Part shown: in pieces, positions 20,363-28,600 of the stretch
Numbering within the stretch: position 1 is the stretch's first letter
Layout: every line of letters starts with the position of its first letter
DNA from: Nitrosopumilaceae archaeon
Lineage (GTDB): Archaea; Thermoproteota; Nitrososphaeria; Nitrososphaerales; Nitrosopumilaceae
Assembly: GCA_965203465.1 (NCBI GenBank)
Contig: CBDBCR010000001.1
Location: 480,001 to 544,000, forward strand
Length of the DNA: 64,000 nucleotides
Direction: 5' to 3'
Notes under the pieces: generated by a model
What the model saw: the letters and a program-made list of their open reading frames with translations, nothing else
Databases searched by the model: none
What the model was told of the DNA's origin: nothing
Position numbers and translations under genes: made by a program

Positions 20363-20591
20363 ATGAGAGATCGGATCGTTGTAAAGGAATCTCAGTTTAG
20401 GCGCCGGTACAAGCGCTTGGGAGATCCGAGGCAAGCGCGCGTAGATCTGGCAATACGGGCTCGACCCGGCAAGCACGGGCGCCTCAAAATTCCTAAGGGC
20501 GTTTGCGCACGAGATCGACAAATCAGACGGGCTGATCTCCCATATCAAATCTTCCCGGATTGACGGGCCACTGCAAACGAGTGTGTGCTCA
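20363..20591 (+). pseudogene. Degenerate RelE/ParE-like toxin, frameshifted and cut by IS110
   Basis: MRDRIVVKESQFRRRYKRL...ARVDLAI, then in another frame DPASTG...AFAHEIDKSDGLI, then KRVC at the IS junction. Confidence 0.5.
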
Positions 20592-21206
20592 GTCAGGCGG
20601 GCGGGCTTTGGCCGCCGCCGCTTTATACTTTCGCTGCACTAGATCCTTGTCCTGCGTCCGGTATTCGGCCATGTCGGTCAGTATGTGCCAGACTACCTCC
20701 GTCAGGCGGCGCGCGATGGCCACCCTCGCTTTCTTTTTGCCTATCCTTTTCGACAGCCGCTCGTAGGTCGAAGACATTCGAGCGTCGTAGCGCGCCGCGA
20801 CGTTGGCCGCCTCCACCATGGCGTTCCTTAACCAGACGGACCCCTTTTTGGTTATGCCGCCGCCGCGCTTGGTCTCGCCGCTGTTCCGGTGGGACGGAGA
20901 AAGGCCCGCGTACGAGACGAGTTTTTCGGCCGTCCTGAATCTCTTTACGTCTACTATCTCTGCGATTATGGTCAGCGCGGTAACGTATCCTATTCCGGTG
21001 ACCGTCATGACGAGCTTTGCCCTATCGTCGTCCATGCATTCGGAAGATATCTCGCGCTCCAGCGTTTCCGTCTGTTTCTGCATCAGCTGCAGCGTGTCGA
21101 GGTACGAGTCCAGCGACAGCCTGTCCACCGGCGAGACGCTTACGGTTCGCATCCACTTCAAGTTGGTCTTTGAGAATTTCGTCTTTGTGGGAAGCTTGTG
21201 CTCGTA

Positions 21207-22316
21207 TAGTTCTGGACAAAAGTTCGCCGTCAAAACTTGGCGTATCTTTTCGGGCGCTGGTTCATGCACTTGATCGGATCTATGTTGTAGTGCACGGTCC
21301 TGTAATGCTCCGACAAGTCTTTGCAAAAGTCTTCGAACGATGCGTGGTACTTGTACGAGACGCTCGATCTGCTCTTGACTAGCCACATGTGCTCGGCCGG
21401 ATTCACGTACGGCGAACCGACGGGCGTATACCGCAAGACGATCTCCGGGTTGTCGCGCAAAAACTCCTGAACCTTGCGCGATTGGTGGTACGACGCGCGG
21501 TCTTCGTATATGAGGAGCGGCCCGAACCGCCTGTGCGCTTCCTTGAGAAAATCGATGAACGTGTCGGAGTTGGCCCTGTCGTACAGCCGGACCATGTGTC
21601 TTGTGTCTTCCAGCAACAGCCCGTGCGCCGACACTTTTTGGGGGTCGTTGGTGAAGGTTCCGCTTACCGGCGTGCCTTGCTCCGTCCAGAACAAGGCGTT
21701 GGACTTGTCGTCCCTGCGGTGGTGCGACTCATCCCCCCACCCCACGGTGCGCCCTTTGCGCCTGTGGTAGGCAATAACGCGCCTTTCGCGCTTCTGCCAC
21801 TTGCTCACGGCGGCCGGGCTGGCGTGGTTTACGTGGACGTACTGTATTTTCTTGGGAGAGAGGTTGCGGCCGCGCATGAGCCTCAGGACATGCCTGCTGC
21901 TGTAGCCCACGCCGGTCTTCCGTTTTATCGCGTCGCTGACCTCGTGCGGCCGCACCCGTTTCCGGGACGCGTCGTCTATGATCTTGTTGAGTTTGTCTTT
22001 CCTTACCTTGGGCGGCCTTCCTGCACGCGGACGGTCGCGGAGGGCGTCCAGCCCGCCGCTCTCGTACCTGTCCACCCACTGCCGCACCCAGTCGTCGGAC
22101 ATCATCAGGCTCTGCGCAACATCGTCGACTCGCTGTCCTTGCACCGCCACCATGTTGACGGCCACTATGCGCAGGCTGACCCGGGCGTCCTTTTCCTTCT
22201 TGAGTGCCTTTTTCAGCACCGTTGACGTGTTAGTCATGGGTGTAGCCTGATCCCGTAGTAAATAAGTGCGTGAGAAAAAAATTGTTGACAAACCGACGAA
22301 TTTTCGTCCAGAACTA
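21207..22316 (-). mobile_element. IS630-family element, 1110 bp, 20-bp imperfect TIRs, TA duplication
   Basis: Left end TAGTTCTGGACAAAAGTTCG vs right-end reverse complement TAGTTCTGGACGAAAATTCG (18/20); TA at 21205-06 and 22317-18. Confidence 0.92.
21230..22237 (-). CDS. IS630-family transposase (intact single ORF, 335 aa)
   Basis: HTH with WVDRY..GGLDALRDRPRAGRPP; DDE motifs GDES, EDRASYH, SPYVNPAEHMW. Confidence 0.92.
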   Translation of the reverse strand: MTNTSTVLKKALKKEKDARVSLRIVAVNMVAVQGQRVDDVAQSLMMSDDWVRQWVDRYESGGLDALRDRPRAGRPPKVRKDKLNKIIDDASRKRVRPHEVSDAIKRKTGVGYSSRHVLRLMRGRNLSPKKIQYVHVNHASPAAVSKWQKRERRVIAYHRRKGRTVGWGDESHHRRDDKSNALFWTEQGTPVSGTFTNDPQKVSAHGLLLEDTRHMVRLYDRANSDTFIDFLKEAHRRFGPLLIYEDRASYHQSRKVQEFLRDNPEIVLRYTPVGSPYVNPAEHMWLVKSRSSVSYKYHASFEDFCKDLSEHYRTVHYNIDPIKCMNQRPKRYAKF

Positions 22317-22789
22317 TATTTGGCCAGAAGCGCAGTTATCTTGTTCTTTTGCTCCGTCGCCGTGCGGACCCGGTCGAGCCTGGTTCTGGCCAGGTTGCGC
22401 AGGTTCCTGTAGCGCTCGTCAGGCACGAACGACTCGTAAACCATGTCTAGGAGCAGCAAGTCCGCGAGCACCTCCGAGTCCACCCTGTCGTCTTTCAGTT
22501 TTGCCTCGGCTATGGCTTTGGTCTTGGACGGGTGAGCCAAGATCGTGTCGATGCCGCACTCCTCCAGCGTGTCGTGCAGTATGATCCAGTAATTGCCGGT
22601 CGCCTCGCAGACCGCCCTGGCGTTCTTGCCGTGCGTCTTCTTTACGTGTGCCGCGAACGCCTCTATGTCTTTTTTGCTGTTCTTGAATTCGGTCTGTTCT
22701 ATTATATCCTTGCCGTTTCCTTTTATTGTCGCCGCGCACATCTTTTTGTGCACGTCTATCCCAATGTTGATCAATGTGTCACCTCCTTC

Positions 22790-22975
22790 GAAGCCATTGG
22801 ATTTGTGGATTTGCCCGATTGAGCGGAAAGCTCCCATTCACCCTCTGTGGGGTAGTACCCCGTCCGCCTATTGTTGTGAGTTAGTCTGCCGGTCACCCTC
22901 ATGCGGGGTAAGAATAGTTCAACTCTCGGGCCCATCTCGGAGAGCCATGCTCCCCTCCCAGATAAGATTTGATAC
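22790..22975 (-). ncRNA. Candidate IS110 bridge RNA
   Basis: Non-coding end upstream of the IS110 gene; contains CCGGCAGACT, identical to the reconstructed empty target, plus small hairpins (GGGGTA-C-TACCCC, CTCTCCGAG...CCCGAGAG). Confidence 0.6.
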
Positions 22976-22997
22976 AGGGTCTGCCGGAGTTCCGCTT

Positions 22998-23486
22998 CCG
23001 GCAGGCGAGGATCGCACGCTACCGTTATTACGCGCCGCGCCGTTGCCCGGACATGGCCCTCGGCCCGGATGCTCGCCCCCGCGCACCGGAAGGCAAACCC
23101 GGAGTCTCGGGGAAATCGATACTGGATCTGACCTTGGAGATCTGCTTCAAGAACCCCTTTACACGCGAGACCGGCGTGACGCGCTACGAGGTCATAGAGC
23201 ACGTCCAGACGTGGATGTGGAGCGACGAGATCATAAAGGCCGAGCGCGGCTTTGACGAGTACGTCCGGACCGGCAGGCTCGTCAAGGTCGGACAAGACAG
23301 GGGCGGAGAGGAGTTCTACAAGCTGGCAGAGCATCTGGACTCCCAGCATCGGCGCTAGGCGCATTCGACTGAAGCATGTATTGTCCCCGGGCAGGCGATC
23401 GCGCGCTACCGATATTGCGCGGCGCCGCCTTGGCATGGCGCCCGGCCCGGCTGCCGACCCCCGCGCGCCGGAAGGCAAAACCGGAG
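22998..23486 (+). repeat. Imperfect ~100-bp direct repeat (22998-23104 and 23388-23486)
   Basis: GCAGGCGA...CGCTACCG.TATT...CATGGC...GGCCCGG...CCCCCGCGC.CCGGAAGGCAAA.CCGGAG occurs in both. Confidence 0.75.
23053..23358 (+). CDS. Small hypothetical protein (possible wHTH)
   Basis: 101-aa ORF from the ATG in repeat copy 1; VTRYEVIEHV...FDEYVRTGRLVKVG...FYKL. Confidence 0.55.
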   Translation: MALGPDARPRAPEGKPGVSGKSILDLTLEICFKNPFTRETGVTRYEVIEHVQTWMWSDEIIKAERGFDEYVRTGRLVKVGQDRGGEEFYKLAEHLDSQHRR

Positions 23487-23542
23487 CCGCGCGACAAAGC
23501 CGGCCGCGCGCGGCCTTTTACGCTCCGGCCGCACGGCGGCCA

Positions 23543-24004
23543 ATGAGAAAGAGACGCGCGATAAGCGGGCTGCTGCAGGTGGCCATGATAGTGGGCATCG
23601 TCATCATATTCGCCGGTATACTGTTCGCCTTTGCCGGCGACATATTCGACGCGCAGACGACGGCCGGCTCGGTCTCGCTGCAAAAGATCCTCATACAGGG
23701 GGCCGGCGCCGACTCCTACCTGTCGGCCAACGTAAAGAACACGGGCAACAGCGAGGTGACGGCGCTCAGCGTAAAGATAATGCTGGACACCGATTCGGGC
23801 ACCGCCGGCATGCAGCCGTTCACGCAGGACCTCTCGCCGCTGCCGCTCGCGCCCGGCATGACCGCCTCTGTGCACGCCCTCGTGGTCGATTCGGCCGGCG
23901 ACGCCATGGCCGTCACGGCCGGCACGGAGGTGGCCGCCCTCATCGAGGCGGCCACGGCGGGGGGCAGCCGCATATCGGAGCCGGTCACGGTCCGGGCCCG
24001 CTAG
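23543..24004 (+). CDS. Archaeal type IV pilin-like protein (class III signal peptide)
   Basis: MRKRRA|ISGLLQVAMIVGIVIIFAGILFAF, then a beta-sandwich with ANVKNTGN and LAPG. Confidence 0.85.
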   Translation: MRKRRAISGLLQVAMIVGIVIIFAGILFAFAGDIFDAQTTAGSVSLQKILIQGAGADSYLSANVKNTGNSEVTALSVKIMLDTDSGTAGMQPFTQDLSPLPLAPGMTASVHALVVDSAGDAMAVTAGTEVAALIEAATAGGSRISEPVTVRAR

Positions 24005-24048
24005 GGCCCGGTTTTCCCCTTTTTACGCAGGGCGAAGCATCGCCGCAG

Positions 24049-24756
24049 TTGGGGTACACGGTCCTTACGGTGCTGCGCGGGGGCGGCTCGCTAGACGAGC
24101 CGGTAATGTCGCTGCCGCTGCTCGGGAGGGTCTCGTTCAGGCAGGCGGGCATCATCATGGGTTTCTGCGTCGCGCTGCCGCTGTGCGTACACTCTTTTTC
24201 CTCCGAGGCGGTCCTGTCCGCGCTGCCCGAACCCGCGCTCTCGGCCGGCCCCGCGCGGCTGGGCTGGGACGCCGTGCTGGCCCTGCTGCCCGTCCCGCTG
24301 GGCCTGGCGCTGGGGGTGCCGCGCCCGCGCCTGGTCCCCATGGACGTGGCCGTGTTCATGGTCTTGAGGTTCGCGCTGCGCAAGAGCTCGGCGCCGCGGC
24401 GCGCCGCGCCGCCGGGCCCGGCGCGCGGGCCGAGCAGGCTGTCCGGCTTTGCGCCCCCCGACCCGGGCCTCGCGGGCGCCCCGCCGGCGCCCGGCTACTC
24501 GATCGCCGCGCCGGACCCGTCGGTACCCAAGAGCCTGACCATCACGCTGTACGGCGCCGACGGCTCGCCCCTCTCGGGCAGGCTGGCCCGCACGTACGTG
24601 GACGGGGAGCTGATAGGATCGGTGACGACCGACGGGGACGGGGCGATGGGGGTCACGTTCGTGCCGGGCAGGTGCGGCACGCGCCGCCTGAGGATAGAGG
24701 TGGAAGGCGAGGACGGGCCGGCCGTCGACGCGCCGCTCGAAATCCGCGGGCCTTAA
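24049..24756 (+). CDS. PrgI/VirB3-like membrane protein with a C-terminal Ig-like domain
   Basis: SLDEPV...GRVSFRQ followed by 2 TM segments and P.D motif (PrgI-like layout); C-terminal ITLYGADGSPL...TTDGDG beta domain. Confidence 0.55.
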   Translation: MGYTVLTVLRGGGSLDEPVMSLPLLGRVSFRQAGIIMGFCVALPLCVHSFSSEAVLSALPEPALSAGPARLGWDAVLALLPVPLGLALGVPRPRLVPMDVAVFMVLRFALRKSSAPRRAAPPGPARGPSRLSGFAPPDPGLAGAPPAPGYSIAAPDPSVPKSLTITLYGADGSPLSGRLARTYVDGELIGSVTTDGDGAMGVTFVPGRCGTRRLRIEVEGEDGPAVDAPLEIRGP

Positions 24757-24779
24757 ATCCGGACGGGGCACCGGGCGCG

Positions 24780-25073
24780 ATGTTTGGAGACGACGACGAG
24801 GGAAAGTCCAGGGGCGACCTCGTGAGGTTCGGAAAAAAGGCGTTCATAGCCATAGTCTTCATCGTGGGGGCCCCGACGATAGTCGCCCCGCTGATGGGCG
24901 TCGACATCGACGGGTTCTGCGTCGAGGGCGACGAGTGCGAGGCCAACGCCGTCTTTTCGGAGGAAGTGGCCGGCCTGGTGGGCGTGGCCCTCAACGCGAT
25001 ACGGATAGGCGGCGCCGTCGTGGTGGTCGTGGCGTTCGGCGTAAAGGGCATACAGTACAGGCTGGCGCCGTGA
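24780..25073 (+). CDS. Small two-TM protein, VirB2/CedA1 pilin-like
   Basis: 97 aa, two hydrophobic helices joined by an acidic Cys-pair loop; own TTAAAT box upstream. Confidence 0.5.
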   Translation: MFGDDDEGKSRGDLVRFGKKAFIAIVFIVGAPTIVAPLMGVDIDGFCVEGDECEANAVFSEEVAGLVGVALNAIRIGGAVVVVVAFGVKGIQYRLAP

Positions 25074-25441
25074 AGTCGGCGCTGCCCGCCGCGTGCGTGG
25101 CGCTCTACTTTTTTTTCAGGCCCGAGGCGGGCCCCGCCGCGTGCGCGGTGGCCGCGGCGCTGTGGCTCTCCTCGATGGTCATGGACCTGCACACCACGAT
25201 GCGGCGCCGCCGGCACATACGGGGGCGCGAGCGCAGCGCCCTGCTGCGCTGTCTGTACGCGCGCTTTCCGGACCGGCGCGCCGCCGCGCTGGCCGGCGCG
25301 GCCGAGTCGGCCTCGGTGGTGCTGCTGCCCGCCGCGCTCCTGGGCGGGTTCGATCCGGGGGCCAGCGCGGCGGTCTGCTTCCTTTTCGCGTGCCTGCACG
25401 CCGAGGCGGTCCTGGCCAACGACAGGCTCGCGGTCGGCTAG
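25070..25441 (+). CDS. Membrane protein, DUF5658-like
   Basis: GTG overlaps the upstream stop; MDLHTT...RERSAL motif between TM segments. Confidence 0.55.
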   Translation: MKSALPAACVALYFFFRPEAGPAACAVAAALWLSSMVMDLHTTMRRRRHIRGRERSALLRCLYARFPDRRAAALAGAAESASVVLLPAALLGGFDPGASAAVCFLFACLHAEAVLANDRLAVG

Positions 25442-25615
25442 GGGCAGCTCCGGCAGGGGCCTGCGCCCCCCGCGCGGAAGAGCCGCGCGGCCCGAAGCGC
25501 CCGTTTCCGGGGGCGCGGCCGCCGCCGGGAAACGGGCCCGGCGCCGCGGATCCGGGCGGATCGCCTGCGTATCGGGGGCCCGCCGCGCCGATTCCGGCCC
25601 GGCGCCCGAATTTGG

Positions 25616-25642
25616 TTTATATAATTGGCGGGGGGGGGGGGG
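25616..25642 (+). promoter_or_regulatory. TATA box (TTTATATAAT) followed by a G13 homopolymer upstream of the giant surface protein
   Basis: tttatataattggc-G13(25630-25642)-agagg...GTG 25660. Confidence 0.75.
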
Positions 25643-25659
25643 AGAGGTGCGGTAGGGTC

Positions 25660-28600
25660 GTGCGGGGAGTCTTGGGTATCTTGGTGCTCGCGGCAGCGGC
25701 GCTGGGGGTTTTGGCGGCCCTGCCGGGCGCTGAGGCTACGACGCCCACACTGTCAACGTTCGTCCACGGCGGCCAAACTTTTGCGGGAACGTTGGACACG
25801 CACAACGACGGCACGTGGGCGTCCAAGCTGACCATAACCTTCAACACCCCGATGAAAGCCCAGACGGACGACGCGACGGCGCTGGCAGGCATCGTAGTAA
25901 AGCAGGGCATTGCCAACAGCAACATAGTCTCCTACGACCCCGTGACGGGCCACGCGATCGAGTTTAGCGGAAACACCGTGATCATACGCTACCTGCCGGC
26001 GCAAGAAGACGGCCTGAGACGGCACCAAGAGCTCGGATCGACTCTTTGGATAAAAAGCGACGCGCTGGCCTCGGCGGACACCAGCACCAACTTTTCGGGG
26101 TTCGGACGATCCGGCACCATTGGCAGCGGCACGGACGTTGACAACTCGAGCGAAGCGCTCAGATGGGCTCGTGACTCGACCACTCCAAAGGTGGCCAGCG
26201 CCACACTCGACAAGGACACCGGCGTGCTGTACATCGTCGCGGACGAGAGCCTAGCATACGGCCAGTACGGCGCCGGCGGAACCAAAACGGCAACCTATCC
26301 GACTACGCTAAACTCGCCCGGCCAGACCGCAAACGCAAACGCCACCAAATTCCACCTGCGCGACGGCGCGACGGCATCGACCGGAGGGATCGACATGTCA
26401 GCATCCAACAGTCCCAGCACGCACCGCTCGCCCGTCCACGAGATACGCTTCACGCTCTCTCCGACCCAGCTCAGCACGCTCATCGCGTACACGAACCCGC
26501 ACCTGCACATCGACGCCGACGCGTTTGAGGGGCTCGACAGCGACGGCGATCCGGGCACGAACCCGAACGCGGCCATCGCAAAGCAGCTCAACTACCTGCC
26601 CAGGCTCTCCGCGGCGGAACTGACGGTCACCACGCGGGCGCTGTCGCTCACGTTCGACGAGTCGGTCACCAAGAACTCGGGCACCTTTTACATACGCAAC
26701 AGCGATACGGGGGCGTACGACTCAAGCACCGACGTGACCGGCACGCTGGCGGTCTCGGGCACGGGCGGGACCGCGACGTTGACCGCATCGGACGTGACCC
26801 GGGTGCTGGGGATGTCCACGCCGCACCTGCACCTCAACGCCGGGGCGGTGACGGACGCCGGCGGCGCGGACAACCTCAAAAAAGTCCGGGCGCTGACCGT
26901 CACGCACCCCTCGCCCGAGCTGTCCGCCGCCGCGCTGGCCGGCACGACCCTCACGCTCACCCTAGACATAGCGGTAAAGTCGGGCGACGCGGACGTGGAC
27001 CAGTCCAAGGTACGCGTCAGGGACGGGGCCGGCACCAGCGGCGGCACGGCGCTGGCCGGCTCGACGGTATCCTCGACGGGCGACAGCGCGACCGTCACGC
27101 TCACGCTTACGTCTTCTCAGGTGACGACCGTCGAGGGGTACGCGGCGCCGCACGTGTACCTGGAGGCGGGCGCCGTCACTAGCACCAACAACGTAGCCGG
27201 CGCCGCCCCCTCGCTGTCTAGGGCGCTGGGCATACAACCAGAGCTGGAATCGGCTTCGGTGGATCTGAACAACTTTACGACCGGCAGCGGCCAAAACACC
27301 GCCTACTACGCGGGCAAGCTGACGCTCAACTTCAACGTAGACGTGGGCGTGAACGCGAGCGATGCCGACACCCTCCCAAAGGTAACGGTGCGCGAGGCGG
27401 ACAACTCGCCGACGGTCACGCTGGATACGAACGCCTCTATTATCACGAGCACGGCCACCGTCGAGATAGGGCTGACCCCGGCGCAAAAGGAGGCGATCCG
27501 GGCCATGTCGGGCAACCTGGAGGTGCTGATAGGGGCGAGCGCCTTCAAGTCCGACAGGGGCTCGCTGGCGCTGCCGGCCGTCGCCGACGGGGACCTGTCC
27601 GTGCCGAGCGGCAGCGTTACGGCCGACGCGACGGCCCCCCGGATAAAGTCGGCCGCCATAAACGAGGGGACCGGAATCGTCACGTTCAACTTTGACGAGC
27701 TGGTGCAGGCGGACGCCGCCGACATCAACCTGGGGAATCTCCAGATATACACGCCCGCCGAGGGCAACTATCCGCTGACCGGCTCGGCGGTCACCTCCTC
27801 GGGCGATGCGGCCGCGATCACGATCGATATGACGGAATCCATACGCCAGAACGTCATCGCGCTGTCCAACCCGCAGTACTGGTTCTCCGGCGGCGCGGCG
27901 GTACAGGATCTGGACGGCAACTTTGTGGCCGCGGGCACGATCGGGGAATCTACGGAGACCGCCGACACCCTAAAGCCGGAGCTCTCGTCGGCTGCCCTCG
28001 ACGAGGGCACCGGGGTGCTGACGCTTACCTTCAACGAGACCGTAAAGGCCGGCGATTCGGACGTGGATCAGGCAAAGATATACCTCGTGAACACCGCGGT
28101 AATCACGGGCGGCACGTCCCTCAACGGGGCGACCGTCTCCTCGACGGGCAACGGCGCGGCCGTGACGATACAACTCACAGAGACGCAGCGGCAGGCCGCC
28201 ATCGGGTACGCCAACCCGTACGTGTACTTTGACGCCGAAGCAGTAAAGGACACCTCGGATCAGACTATCGCCGCGTCCACGACGCAGACCGTCACCAGCG
28301 TAACGGACGAGGCAGACAACGACAAGCCGGCGCTCTCGTCGGCCTCGCTCAACCAGGGGACCGGCGCCTGGACTGTCGCCTTTTCGGAGATCGTCTCTGC
28401 CGGCTCGGCGGTAGGCACCACGATTTACGTCGGCACCAGCACCACGTACAATTCCACAAACGACGTGGCGCTGACCGTCCCCTCGACCGCGGCCTCGGCC
28501 TCGGGCACGCTCTCTACATCGGACATCCAAAAGGTGCTGGCCCTGACGGGCCCCAAAGTGTACGTGGTGGCCAACGCCGTCCAGGATACGAGCAACAACG

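Larger units (their letters stand above)
20589..22774 (-). pseudogene. IS110 transposase/recombinase interrupted by IS630 (N-part 22317-22774, C-part 20589-21206)
   Basis: IGIDVHK...CEATG...KDDRVDS (DEDD RuvC-like) and TVTGIG...SYAGLSPSHRNSG; removing the insertion restores ...LAKY-EHK...; GGAGGTGA SD before the TTG. Confidence 0.9.
20592..22981 (-). mobile_element. IS110-family element, about 1.28 kb once the nested IS630 is removed; GTC core repeated at 20592-94 and 22979-81
   Basis: Split IS110 transposase, about 200-nt 5' non-coding end, lower GC; junctions inferred from the repeated core and a guide-like match. Confidence 0.8.

Noticed and set aside
25093-25659. ORF-track start of the giant protein at 25093
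   Set aside because: It overlaps another gene and an intergenic region; the TATA box and signal peptide point to GTG 25660.
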